The notes beneath the pieces were generated by a model. That model made no database searches. It saw only the letters and a list, made by a program, of their open reading frames with translations, and was not told the DNA's origin. Both the position numbers and the translations under genes were made by a program. Positions 43,041-53,899 of a stretch of 64,000 bases of DNA are shown piece after piece. Position 1 is the stretch's first letter; each line of letters starts with the position of its first letter. The stretch comes from a virus (Duplodnaviria > Heunggongvirae > Uroviricota > Caudoviricetes), in IMG/VR virus record IMGVR_UViG_3300028886_000029, positions 299,318 through 363,317 of that record, one strand, 5' to 3'.

Positions 43041-43406
43041 TTAAATCAAATTTTCTAAACAATACTTTATCGCTGCTTCACAGGCTTCTTCATAAGTATT
43101 ATACCTAACACCAACACTATAAAATTCCTGACTACCCTTTTTAAGGTAGTACATACGGCATCCATAAAGGCCAAATACTTGTGACCAAGAGGGAAAAACA
43201 CCTAAATTATGTTTTTCTCTCAGCCACTTCATAGCCATTTGGAGTGTTGGGGCATCAAGGTATCTTTCAGGATGTCTTGACCTATCAGTTATGTTATAAT
43301 CACCAACAATTTTATCTAAATTAAATTGTTTATCGGTGTTCCAATTAAACCCCTTCTCTTTCATGAGATTGGCAGTCTCAAAACTTACATAATCTTCGGT
43401 AATCAT
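43041..43406 (-). CDS. EDYVSFE-family protein
   Basis: Family start and end blocks. Confidence 0.85.
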   Translation of the reverse strand: MITEDYVSFETANLMKEKGFNWNTDKQFNLDKIVGDYNITDRSRHPERYLDAPTLQMAMKWLREKHNLGVFPSWSQVFGLYGCRMYYLKKGSQEFYSVGVRYNTYEEACEAAIKYCLENLI

Positions 43407-44125
43407 AACTTATTGTTCCAATATTTAATAAATTCTTCTATAATATAATTCGACATGTCATCAGGATGATTAAGACCTTTATTCATATTCATCAGTTCGT
43501 CTTTAAGTTCAGAACCAGTCAATAATCCCCATTCATTCCTAATCCATCTTCCAAGAGAATCGTGCATAGAAATTGCGCCATTTTCGAGAAGGTAATCCCT
43601 GTCTTCTTTTGAAAGAATCTTAGCCAAGGTTTTTACGGCTTCATTAACAGTTTTTGGAATTGGAATCTCACTCTCTTTTTCGGACTCTTCTTTGTTATAC
43701 ATCCCATCAGGTGCTTCTAATGCCAATCCTTTCTCAATCAAACCACGATAGTCAAAGTGATGGGCATTTAGATAGTTTAATATATCCGCCATTTCAAAAA
43801 CGGTACACCCACAATCATTAGTACCAAATACACCTGCTGTTATCCAACCGTTTCCTTCTCTGTAAAAACAATGATGAAGCATACGGATTTCTTTTTCTTC
43901 TTCCTCTGTCATACTTGACATTGGTCGGAGATATGGCCTAATGTTTTGCACATATACTTTTGCTTCATCATCATTTGGAATGTCTATATTAACAGTATTT
44001 GCAAACAAATCACACCCCGTACACTTTATGTCCATTGGTTTGTTGTAGTAAGTATGAATAACTACGCCATAAGGCAACCTTGTACAAAGGTCTTTTAGTA
44101 ACAGTTGTTTTTCTTCTTGTGTCAT
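43403..44125 (-). CDS. LCARLPYG-family protein fused to an extra C-terminal domain
   Basis: Family blocks, then IPKTVNEAV...HDSLGRWIRNEWGL...HPDDMS. Confidence 0.85.
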   Translation of the reverse strand: MTQEEKQLLLKDLCTRLPYGVVIHTYYNKPMDIKCTGCDLFANTVNIDIPNDDEAKVYVQNIRPYLRPMSSMTEEEEKEIRMLHHCFYREGNGWITAGVFGTNDCGCTVFEMADILNYLNAHHFDYRGLIEKGLALEAPDGMYNKEESEKESEIPIPKTVNEAVKTLAKILSKEDRDYLLENGAISMHDSLGRWIRNEWGLLTGSELKDELMNMNKGLNHPDDMSNYIIEEFIKYWNNKL

Positions 44126-44127
44126 AA

Positions 44128-44910
44128 TTAAACCAAATTAGTCAGACAATATACTATGGCGGCGTTTTCCGCCTCCTCAGGTGTATTATAGTAATCCGTT
44201 GGGTAGTGGTTTATCAACGGTACTCTATTTTTATATACCCTATAGAAATAGTAACTTTGTTCTTTGGAATATGGCACGATACCTATCGTGAGGAACAAGT
44301 CAAATTTTTCCAAGAGGTATTTTCTTGCCGCAGACAGGGTTGGTCTACTTAAAAAGTGAGTGGTGTCATTATAGTTTTGTTTATAATAGGTCTTATTGAT
44401 ATCATAGGGATTATCACCCCTGTAATAAAACATACAAGGCCAGTCAAAACCTTTTTCCTTAAGGAGTTTGCATGTTTCAAAAGAGGCATGGCTTTCGTTA
44501 TCTTCTGGTTTTTTTTCTTGTAGTTCCTGTGTATATATAATGGACTTGGACACATACTCAGTTTCGTTAACCATGTATTTGGTGTCTTTCGGTATAATGG
44601 CTTTAACCAAGGCAAATGTCGAAAGGTAGCTATTGAATAAAACATTTTCAAGAAGACTCTCCGCGTTTTTAATGTTTTTTAATGTGTGGAAACAACCTTC
44701 TGACACTTCTAATTCAATACCGTCATTACAAGAAGACTCAACAACACGGAAATCATCATCATTTACAATATCATATCTCTCACCCAATTTCACGGACATA
44801 TTTTGGAAAGGTGTCGCATAGATATCCGTATTGAGTTTGGTGAGCACTTTATAGCAGGTAATATCTTTATCCGCTATTTTAACCTCGTTATTTTTTACTT
44901 TAAAACACAT
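44128..44910 (-). CDS. Fusion of an MCF..CYK domain and an EDYVSFE-family domain
   Basis: N-half resembles 44925 and 12605; C-half SFETCKLLKEKGF...YCLTNLV. Confidence 0.8.
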   Translation of the reverse strand: MCFKVKNNEVKIADKDITCYKVLTKLNTDIYATPFQNMSVKLGERYDIVNDDDFRVVESSCNDGIELEVSEGCFHTLKNIKNAESLLENVLFNSYLSTFALVKAIIPKDTKYMVNETEYVSKSIIYTQELQEKKPEDNESHASFETCKLLKEKGFDWPCMFYYRGDNPYDINKTYYKQNYNDTTHFLSRPTLSAARKYLLEKFDLFLTIGIVPYSKEQSYYFYRVYKNRVPLINHYPTDYYNTPEEAENAAIVYCLTNLV

Positions 44911-44924
44911 AATAAATAATATTT

Positions 44925-45362
44925 TTAAATTTCACATTCTTTTTTCAGTGGTGGTTTCACAAGCAAAATGTTATCGGTATAAACAATAGACTTGGACACA
45001 TATTCAGAGTCATTAACCATATATTTGGTATCTTTTGGTATAATGGCCTCAACTAAGACCAAAGAACAGTTACGATTACACAAATCAGGAGATTCCATAA
45101 GGTTAAAGAAAGCCGCGTTCTTATATTTATAGGAATGAAACGCACCACCATGTACTGTCATGTCTGTATGGTTTAGTTGTAAAGCGAAAATATCTTTACC
45201 TCCTACATCCCCTTCTTCCACATCATATCTCTCACCCAATTTCACTTTCATTCCTTGGTAGGGTGTGAAATAGGTATTCTCATTAGTCTTAATGAGTATT
45301 TTATAGCAAACAACATCTTCAGTCGCTGTTCTGACTATTGTATTAGTAATATAGAAACACAT
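44925..45362 (-). CDS. MCF..CYK-family protein
   Basis: DVVCYK, GAFHSY, AIIPKDTKY. Confidence 0.8.
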   Translation of the reverse strand: MCFYITNTIVRTATEDVVCYKILIKTNENTYFTPYQGMKVKLGERYDVEEGDVGGKDIFALQLNHTDMTVHGGAFHSYKYKNAAFFNLMESPDLCNRNCSLVLVEAIIPKDTKYMVNDSEYVSKSIVYTDNILLVKPPLKKECEI

Positions 45363-45628
45363 AGTTATTTGTTTTTGATATAGAGTTCAATTTCCTGGGG
45401 TTCGTCACCCCATTTAAGGTTGGGGTATATGTTTTCCTCAATATTAAAATCTGATGTTGTGGAGATAAGGAGTTCATCGCCAAATTTAACATATGTTTGT
45501 TTTTTTGTTGATATGTTTATGTGGCCATTTTTCAGTTTTGCCGCATAACCTTTAATTGTAATAAAGTTATTTTCATCCATATTTTGTTTTTTTTTTTATT
45601 CTTATCTACAAAAACCGTGCCGTTCTTT

Positions 45629-46273
45629 TTAGTCAGTCCAAATTCTCAAATTTTTTATACCGGTTTTACCACTGAAAGTGGTTGGTGACTTAAAACAATC
45701 GTACACATTATTAAAATATCTAATTCTCCGATGCGTATATGCTTTTGCTGTATCTCGGAAAACATCCAGTGAGTCTAAAGGGAAAATGCTTACGTAAAAA
45801 GAGTCAGAAGGTATCATAACATTTTTTTTTTAATCTGTCCAAAGTCGTATTTCTTTTATACCGGTTTTTTCCCTAAAAATAGACGATGGTTCAAAATAGT
45901 CATATACATCATGATAAATTGTGATTTTATTATATTTATATGCTTCGGTTTCATATTGGAAAACACTGGGGTTATTGAATACCGGTGTTCCTTTAACACA
46001 GTAAGCCTCACTATCATTTATGTAAAATGAGTCAAATGGTGACATATTTATTTTTCTTTTTTAATCTGTCCAATATCTAAACGGGGTTATATTTGTTTTT
46101 TCAATAAAGGTATCTGAGGCTTCGAAGGAATCATACCTGTCATGAAACTCCTTGATATTGGTATATCCATATGATGATGTGGTGAAATTGAAAATATCGT
46201 AGTTCTCAAAAAACACGTTATTGTCATCATCAAAATAAATGTCGTTAATATAAAAACTGTCAAAGGGTATCAT
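45629..46273 (-). repeat. Three tandem small paralogs (45629-45817, 45830-46045, 46061-46273)
   Basis: M.P.DSFY...YD.F...KT.I...R.WTD*. Confidence 0.85.
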
Positions 46274-46687
46274 TTGTCGTATTTAAACCTGCTATAAAAG
46301 ATTATATCCATTCCATCTATTAATGGGTTATTAGGGTAATGGCAATAATTTATTCTGCGCATACCTCTATCCTCAAGTAACGCAGACGGTCTATGATAAA
46401 ACACATAATTGTTATTACGGAAACAACCACCTGGGTAATCAAGATATTTCATATTGTTTTTAATGTTTTTTTTAACCAGTATTTAAAATATACGTTTTCG
46501 GTTTGTTTTTGGGAAAAACTATCGTCTTTCAAACACGAACTTGTAAAAAGAAAAAAGTTATGTGGAAGTTCTTTTATTGTAAAACTGATTCCGTTTATAC
46601 TTATTGTTTGAACAATTTCAGAAACAATATTTTGTTGTCCTTCTTTCCCAAACACAGACCATAGGGAAGGTGAATCAATATCTTTCA

Positions 46688-47170
46688 TTACAAATTGTTT
46701 TTATCTGATAAAATTGATTTTATTATTTTGTCATGGTCAAACGCCCATTGATATTTGTCAATGTCAGGAGCTGGAATCCACTTTATTTCTCCAATCTCAT
46801 TTGGTTCCGAATATTTTGTTGTCAATGGATTTATTTTAAGGTGGTAATACACACAATCATAAATAACCGTGACATTTTGTCTGTTGCTGTTGATATTATC
46901 GTCAATGTGGTTAATTCTCAACGGTGACACATCCTCTTTTTCAAGACCTGTTTCCTCATGGAGTTCCCTATAAGCGGCATCTTGTAGTGTTTCATCATAA
47001 TCAAGATAGCCACAGGGACAGCACCATTTACCAACATTATCTGGACATCCCTCACCTCTTTTCACCGCAAGAAACGAACGTGTTATGGGGTCAAACACAA
47101 ACACGGCTACCGCCATGCTCCTGCTTATCCAATATTCTTTGTCTTCTATTTTGACCGGAAAATTTCTCAT
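46688..47170 (-). CDS. NUDIX hydrolase
   Basis: Nudix box GYLDYDETLQDAAYRELHEETGL; C-terminal AFDH. Confidence 0.92.
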   Translation of the reverse strand: MRNFPVKIEDKEYWISRSMAVAVFVFDPITRSFLAVKRGEGCPDNVGKWCCPCGYLDYDETLQDAAYRELHEETGLEKEDVSPLRINHIDDNINSNRQNVTVIYDCVYYHLKINPLTTKYSEPNEIGEIKWIPAPDIDKYQWAFDHDKIIKSILSDKNNL

Positions 47171-47211
47171 TTTTTTACAAATATATAAAAAAAAGTTTTA
47201 TTATAAAAATG

Positions 47212-47697
47212 TTATTTCAAATTTCTATTTTTATAGTTTTCAATGCAAGTTGGAATTATTTTCTGATAGTCAGGATTGTTAAACAACGGTGATGTCAAAA
47301 TCATATCGGCGGTTGTCCTGTTTGTGGCGAAAGCGATATTATATAACGATGCCAATCTTGTTAATGCTGACACATCATTTTGATGGCCTTGTTGAATAAG
47401 GTTATCACAGAAAAATATAAGGACATCAATTTTACCTTCTGCAATCATTGCCCCTATTTGTTGGTCACCACCAAGTGGTCCTGACAAAAGTGGTTTTACC
47501 GACAAAGGCATTGTCACCCAATCTTGTGTTATTCCACCGGTACCAGTATAATAGTTATTAACCACAATATTGCTTAATATTTTCGCCGTTGTTCCTGTGG
47601 CATATAATTTATGGGGAAACAGTTTTTGTTTGTTATATTCCACCCATTCGTACAGTTCATCTTTTCTGCTGTCGTGTGCTACTAATGCTATGTTCAT
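47212..47697 (-). CDS. mgsA: Methylglyoxal synthase
   Basis: IALVAHD, YATGTT, SGPLGGDQQIGA, H.NDVSAL.RLA, ATNRTTAD. Confidence 0.93.
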   Translation of the reverse strand: MNIALVAHDSRKDELYEWVEYNKQKLFPHKLYATGTTAKILSNIVVNNYYTGTGGITQDWVTMPLSVKPLLSGPLGGDQQIGAMIAEGKIDVLIFFCDNLIQQGHQNDVSALTRLASLYNIAFATNRTTADMILTSPLFNNPDYQKIIPTCIENYKNRNLK

Positions 47698-48186
47698 ATT
47701 CTGTTTTTTATTGCTGCTATTTTATTTTTCAAAAACATAAAAGGTAAACTATTTTTGTTTGCCATTATTTTCATTTTACTAAAACGATTATTAAGTTCCA
47801 GATATTGCGCTGAATGCAAAAAGTGGTCTGAGCCAATATCTATTGCGCTGAGAAAAAACCGAAAAATTGTAATATACAAACACAAGGAAAAAACCAAGCA
47901 GACATCCAAGAACAGATTCTGATATGGCGAATATCATGAAATTTCTTGTTGCAAGATGTCTGACCTTTCCTTGCCATAACATTCCGACCACTAAACCTGC
48001 GATTGATGAGGCTAAGGATTCAAAAGCAATCCATTCGGCAGGTAAACTTGAATATATTTCTTTTACAATCGCGGGATGTACATATGTTATAATCAAACCT
48101 GAGAAAAACAAAGACAAAAGAATATATTTTTGGTTCTTATCAGGATGCACATTTAGTAAGTTAAGTATTTTCTCTATCATCTTCAA
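47694..48186 (-). pseudogene. Multi-pass membrane protein, apparently frameshifted or internally deleted
   Basis: TM-rich 131-aa ORF loses character after VYYN; an overlapping frame continues to the mgsA start. Confidence 0.45.
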
Positions 48187-48977
48187 ACAGTATTTTTATT
48201 GCGCCTATCAAAAGCAACAATGACATTAATAGTACAAACATTTTTTTTGGTTTTTATTTTTATCACACGCCTAAAAAAAGGCGTTTTTATCGTAATTTAT
48301 TAGCATATATTATTTTTTGCTTTTTGCATTTTTTTACAATTTTTTCCACTTATTTATTTTATTGGTTTATAATAAGTTATAAAAACACTATTTGATTATT
48401 AATAAGTTAATGGGAAAAAAATTGATAATTAATGTTTTGGTTTTTTATAATCAATGTAGTAAAAACAATATCAATTGGTTAGTTTTCGAAAGGAATATTT
48501 TTTGGTTTTTTTATGTAGTCAAATGTTTTTATTTGCGGAAGTTCGGTACCGCTTGTTATCTTAATGGACTCAAGACTTCTTTTATTGTTTTTGGGATTGA
48601 TTTTGATACTATAGAATTTGTTGCCTTTACCTTCCTCATTAACACCCACAATGAATATGCTGATATTTTCTTGCAACATCATGAAGTCATATGTTTTTTG
48701 TTCACTTTCGATTTCATCGTTTGACTCTATTCTTGAATTAATCTGTGAGGTCAGGAGTTCCCTAACACTTTCAGCGTATTCAATCGCGTTTTCCTTTGTT
48801 TCCAAAAGTTTGATGTAAAATAACTGTGGTTTGTTCTTATAACATGGTATTATAAGATATTTTATGCTGTTTGTTGTTACCATAAATCTTTATATTTTTT
48901 TATCAATGCAAAAATATGAAAAACCCACATAAAAACAAAATTTTTAAGGAAAAAAGAGTATGAAATAAAATAGTAAA

Positions 48978-50165
48978 TTATTTCTTTATAGTTAAAACTA
49001 ATGGGTTAACTCCTAAACCCTCTATCCCATTCGCAAATGCGTTTGGGATTGCTTTTTTCATAATATTATAACTGCCATTAACATCAGCGTTAACATATTT
49101 GTTTGTCGCGGTTCTAAATAAACCTCTCTTTACTCTTTTTCCACAGTAATTCTCATGTTTGGAAATATCCTCACAATCAAAAAACGAACATTTACTGGTG
49201 TAAGATTCCTCATTAAAAATAACTTCAATACCGACTAATTCGCATTTATATTTAATTATGTTGGCAAATTTCATAATTGGAATTTGGGTAAAATTTTGAT
49301 TATTTATTTTTCCTAAATTAATGTCTTGTTTCATATTTTTATTTTTTCCTATAACTAACAATGTTATATTTTTTGAAACTAATTGATTCACTAATTCTTT
49401 ACTTGCTTTATGTAAATAATCATTAATTTTATTATTCCTTTTATTGGTAAGTAAATCTATTTTTTTACTTGTTTTTTTATTGTTTTTCAACTGAGATTGT
49501 AATCTCGCTTTATTTTTATTATAATATTGATTAATACTTTTTAATGGTTTACCATTGATTATTTCTGGTTTATAACCACAGTTATATGTAATGGTTGCCA
49601 AATTATTAAGCCCTAAATCAATGGCCGCAATATTCCCATTATATTCTAACTTTTTACAATCACATTCATAAACAATTTCTATTACATATTGTTTAAGTTT
49701 TGGTATTATCCTTACTTCTTTTATTAAATTAAAATCCTTAATTTTGGTGTTAATGTAAATATTTGTTTTAGATAAATGTATTCTACCAGTTTTCTTAAAT
49801 TCTCTTAGACCCAACGCTTGTTTAGGAAATATTGTTATAAATCTACCGTTAACTTTATCAAGATATTTAGGTATTTTATTGTCAATTTCTTTGTTTTTCA
49901 AAAGTCCGAAAAAAGACTTAAAATTTCTGTCCACGATTTTAAGTGTTTGACAAAACACTTTTGTTGGTAAATATGAATAACATTCTTGTTTTTTTGTTAT
50001 ATCATAGTTTGAATAATAATTCAAGTATTTTTTATTTTCAAAAAAATATTGTCTAACATTATATAATCCTTGATTATATATGTTTTTTGATTGAAAACAT
50101 AAATAATCACACTCATTATAAAATAAGTGTTTATTATTAATAATATGTTGTTCAACTAAATACAT
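48978..50165 (-). CDS. tnpB: TnpB (IS607-associated)
   Basis: AAIDLGLNNL, VIGKN, NEESYTSKCS, NADVNGSYNI. Confidence 0.92.
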   Translation of the reverse strand: MYLVEQHIINNKHLFYNECDYLCFQSKNIYNQGLYNVRQYFFENKKYLNYYSNYDITKKQECYSYLPTKVFCQTLKIVDRNFKSFFGLLKNKEIDNKIPKYLDKVNGRFITIFPKQALGLREFKKTGRIHLSKTNIYINTKIKDFNLIKEVRIIPKLKQYVIEIVYECDCKKLEYNGNIAAIDLGLNNLATITYNCGYKPEIINGKPLKSINQYYNKNKARLQSQLKNNKKTSKKIDLLTNKRNNKINDYLHKASKELVNQLVSKNITLLVIGKNKNMKQDINLGKINNQNFTQIPIMKFANIIKYKCELVGIEVIFNEESYTSKCSFFDCEDISKHENYCGKRVKRGLFRTATNKYVNADVNGSYNIMKKAIPNAFANGIEGLGVNPLVLTIKK

Positions 50166-50166
50166 G

Positions 50167-50733
50167 TTAACTTTCTATGAATTTAATTATTTCTTCTTTA
50201 TTTTTTTTTCTTCTCATTCCATACATTCTGGCAGAAAAAGAATAAATTATTGATATTAAATCTTTCATTAAATCTTCTTTATTATCTTCAGTAGCATTTG
50301 TTACTAAAATTTTCTTTCCTTTCATTTCACACAAAGTTTTTATATAATTAAAACCAAATCTTGTTAATCTATCTTTGTTTTCGACAAGTAAAATGTCCCA
50401 GTCATCCCGTGTTAATATTTTGTTTAAAATTGGCCTGTTGTCATTCATACCTGATGCAATTTCTTTAAATGAGCCAATAACATCAAGATTGTTTAGTTTA
50501 GCATAATTTTCCAATCTTGCTTGTTGCTCTTTTAATGAATTTTTTCTTTCATGTGATGACACTCTTGCATATACAATTGTTTTATTAGAATTATTGTTTT
50601 CTATTTTAACATACACATGACCGGTTTCATCTTTATATGCATTACTTATTTTTCCGTTTATAAATCTACTCCAAGCGGTTCTATAAGTTATTGATTTAAG
50701 TTTTGCGTATTCACTTAATTTTATTTCTTTCAT
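50167..50733 (-). CDS. tnpA: IS607 serine recombinase TnpA
   Basis: N-terminal HTH; YARVSS, EIASG, VENKDRLTRFGF, FSARMYG. Confidence 0.93.
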   Translation of the reverse strand: MKEIKLSEYAKLKSITYRTAWSRFINGKISNAYKDETGHVYVKIENNNSNKTIVYARVSSHERKNSLKEQQARLENYAKLNNLDVIGSFKEIASGMNDNRPILNKILTRDDWDILLVENKDRLTRFGFNYIKTLCEMKGKKILVTNATEDNKEDLMKDLISIIYSFSARMYGMRRKKNKEEIIKFIES

Positions 50734-50840
50734 ATTTTATTTGTTTTTTCTGAGAATTATCAATATATTTGTATTGTTATATATAAATAGTATGAAAAAA
50801 TAAAAATATATTTTTTTCTATGAAAAATTGAAAATATTTT

Positions 50841-51446
50841 TTAGACATACTTATTCTTTTCTTCTTCAGTCAACTCTTTCTTTTGCTGAGGACGGAGGGA
50901 TTTGAGTCGTTTAAGGTATCTTTTTGCAGAAGCTGGAGGTACGGATACATTCTTACATTCTGCAAAATCCTCAAAGACACTAATTGCACACGCAAGAGTT
51001 TCTTCATCCTCCTCACTCCACTCATTAGAACAGAGTTTTGCTACGTCCTCATTCTTCTTTTTGAGGTTAAAAGGAAGGGATTTGAGCCAATCAATATCTT
51101 CACTATAAGCGAAACGTGTGCTGACAAATTGATTACGACAAATTCCCTCTAACTTTTTAATAACACTGTTTACGTGTTCTACATCCTCCTCTCTCCACTC
51201 TACATGCTTCTTCTCAGGATTCTGCTCTTTCAGTCTTTCAAGGTATGTAATCATTTCTTTTATTCTATTTTCATCTTTGTGGGCAATAGGCTTTTCAAAA
51301 CCTATATAATTTATGATATCTTTCCTTATCCTCTCATTGTCGTTCTCACAAAGTTCTGGAACAAGTACTTGGATAGCCTCTTTGGTCTCTTTCCATAAAG
51401 TAGGCATCGCTTCCTTGATTTTCTTTATTGCTTCTTCTCTTGTCAT
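50841..51446 (-). CDS. EWSEED-repeat family protein
   Basis: MTREEAI...PEL.E...ERIRK...EWSEED...LKSLRPQ. Confidence 0.8.
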   Translation of the reverse strand: MTREEAIKKIKEAMPTLWKETKEAIQVLVPELCENDNERIRKDIINYIGFEKPIAHKDENRIKEMITYLERLKEQNPEKKHVEWREEDVEHVNSVIKKLEGICRNQFVSTRFAYSEDIDWLKSLPFNLKKKNEDVAKLCSNEWSEEDEETLACAISVFEDFAECKNVSVPPASAKRYLKRLKSLRPQQKKELTEEEKNKYV

Positions 51447-51620
51447 ATTACTTATCTTTTTTATATCTCTTATGCAGAATAATTCCAAATATACAAGTAA
51501 ATCCAAACAAGCCTAAAAGAATCCATCCTGCTATTGGATTATCAAATATAAAGTTCATTATTGCTCCAGTAAGAATTATTAAACTGTTTGAAAGCATTGT
51601 TATTACTGTGTTGTCCATAT

Positions 51621-52381
51621 CTAAATCAAATTTTCTAAACAATATTTTATTGCTGCTTCACAGGCTTCCTCATAGTTTCTCTTTACGTTGTCAGTACCAG
51701 TAAACCTTTTACTGACAATCACATAGGTGTATTTCCTTTTGTTGTAACTTTCATCTTTTGAAGAAGTGATTATGATATCAATATTATGTACTTCTCGTAG
51801 CCACTTCATTGCCAATTGGAGAGTTGGACATGCATATTCATCAGCAGATACTTCTGAATTATGTAGATATTCAAATTCCAAATTTTTAGGATACTGCTGA
51901 AAACCTTCTCTGTCTATGGTAAATAAAACAGGTTCGTCAAATCCCTTTTCCTTTAAGAGTTTTGCTGTTTCAAAACTAACGTAATCTTCTGTTATCATAA
52001 CTAAATTAAATTTTCTAAACAATACTTAATTGCCGCATCACAGGCTTGTTCATAAGAATCAAAGTAATCTGAAGAACGATATTCATGATTATTATTATGC
52101 CATATATCAAAAGACCAAACAGGTGAATCATTGAGGTTAAAACTTATAATATTTAAAGTAATAAAAATAGATTTTTCTCTCAACCACTTCATCACCATTT
52201 GAAGAGTTGGAGCACCATTACCGAAGAAACAAGGATTACTCATATTTTTAATGGCATAAGCACTATAACTTTCTATAAGCTTTCCATCATCTTCATGATA
52301 ATATGCATGACACGCTTCATCAAATTCTTTTTCCTTTAAGAGTTTTGCTATTTCAAAACTTACATAATCTTCTGTTATCAT
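51621..52381 (-). CDS. Two tandem EDYVSFE-family genes (51621-51998, 52001-52381)
   Basis: Both run MITEDYVSFE...AAIKYCLENLI. Confidence 0.85.
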
Positions 52382-52382
52382 A

Positions 52383-53027
52383 TTATAGTATTTCGTTAAT
52401 ATATTGTTTTTCACCAACATTTTCGTCAGTATATCCTTTGTCTTCCCACCATTCTTTGTGTAGGTATTTCTCAAGAGTCCAGTCATTATCATATAAAGGA
52501 TTCTTTACAAACTTATAATGAGTTTGCCCTTCCTTGTATTCTTTAGGATAGTCCATTTCGTTGATTTCCACTCCATTAACAAGCGCATGAAGTATAGTCA
52601 ACATTTTCTCAGTAGTCTCAACGAATTTTCCTAAATACTTTTGTCTATAAACATCATTGTCCCAATTACTTTTTAGTGACCATTTTATTCCTCTTAAATC
52701 GTGGAATGCTTCATTTATAAGTGCTATATTTGGATTAGCCCATATTTCTGCCGTGTCCTTGTAATGAAAATAACCATCCTTATAATGTTTACTTTTATAA
52801 TGAAGCCACCTATCACGAATATAACGATAATAAAGGTATATACCTTTATTACTTAGTTCGTACGTATCGTATACATACCTTCCTATAATGTTAAGTAATT
52901 CCTTATCATACAAATCAAAATATTCATCAAGAAGTATCCTTTCAAAACATTTCCTAAACGGATGGTTTTTAATTTTATCATGGAGAACACTTAACTTGGC
53001 GATTGTTTCTTTTGTTATTGGTTTCAT
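52383..53027 (-). CDS. Hypothetical protein
   Basis: 214-aa ORF within an operon. Confidence 0.75.
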   Translation of the reverse strand: MKPITKETIAKLSVLHDKIKNHPFRKCFERILLDEYFDLYDKELLNIIGRYVYDTYELSNKGIYLYYRYIRDRWLHYKSKHYKDGYFHYKDTAEIWANPNIALINEAFHDLRGIKWSLKSNWDNDVYRQKYLGKFVETTEKMLTILHALVNGVEINEMDYPKEYKEGQTHYKFVKNPLYDNDWTLEKYLHKEWWEDKGYTDENVGEKQYINEIL

Positions 53028-53030
53028 GTT

Positions 53031-53477
53031 CTATTTGGTTTTATACATTCCTTCTTTTGCTTCAAGGGCAAGACCTTTTTCTATCATAAATCTACAGTCA
53101 ATATGATGTGAATAATAGAAATCTGTTATTTGTACTGAATTCTCATAGTAAGATAGTTCTTTTCTTTCTTCCTCCGTCATAGAAGACATTGGACGGAGAT
53201 AAGGTTTAAATTCGTCTACGGTGTATAGTTGTCCATTAATTTGTTGGTCTTCTATAAAATCAACGGTATCCTCATTACCAATAGCAACCACATGTATTTC
53301 TTCTGTTGAAGTGTTGATATCATCCAGTGTCACGTCAAATGGTGAATCAAAAAATATCATGTCTCCATTTATATCATACTCCCCCTTTGTGGTTTCAGCA
53401 TACACTCTACCTTTTACATCATACGGCAACCTCGCACAGAGGTCTTTAATCAATAACTGTTTTTCTTCTTTTGTCAT
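53031..53477 (-). CDS. LCARLPYG-family protein
   Basis: Family blocks. Confidence 0.85.
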   Translation of the reverse strand: MTKEEKQLLIKDLCARLPYDVKGRVYAETTKGEYDINGDMIFFDSPFDVTLDDINTSTEEIHVVAIGNEDTVDFIEDQQINGQLYTVDEFKPYLRPMSSMTEEERKELSYYENSVQITDFYYSHHIDCRFMIEKGLALEAKEGMYKTK

Positions 53478-53479
53478 AA

Positions 53480-53899
53480 TTATTCCTCCTTTCTTACGTT
53501 ACATTGTCCAAGTTCAAAAAAGTAGCGGGCGAATTTAAACCATAAATCATCCATACCAACTACCCCGTGTTTATTTTTCCACCTTTTAACCTCTTCCTCC
53601 AAATCCACCTCTGGCTGCTCTTGCTGCTTAAACAACCAATCTGGATTCTTATATTTCTCTGGCACTTTAATTTTAGGATGGTTAGCAAGAAATTCTTTTA
53701 TCTGCTCATCTGTTGTCGGGAAATCAGGCTGTTCCTGCTGGAGAGAGTCGATGATAGAACAAACAATTTGAAATGCCTCCATCATACCATATCCTTTAGA
53801 GGTAATTGTGCCAGCACCTCTTCCTACTTCACGAGGGAGTGACTCCATTTGTTCTGCTATCTTTTCTCGTAGAAGGTCTGCGTCAATGTATTTGCTCAT
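53480..53899 (-). CDS. MKYIDA-family protein
   Basis: KYIDAD...QQEQP (twice)...YFFELG. Confidence 0.8.
   Translation of the reverse strand: MSKYIDADLLREKIAEQMESLPREVGRGAGTITSKGYGMMEAFQIVCSIIDSLQQEQPDFPTTDEQIKEFLANHPKIKVPEKYKNPDWLFKQQEQPEVDLEEEVKRWKNKHGVVGMDDLWFKFARYFFELGQCNVRKEE

Larger units (their letters stand above)
48978..50733 (-). mobile_element. IS607-family element (tnpA + tnpB); ends not resolved
   Basis: Serine-recombinase tnpA 1 nt from tnpB; lower GC than its neighbours. Confidence 0.88.
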
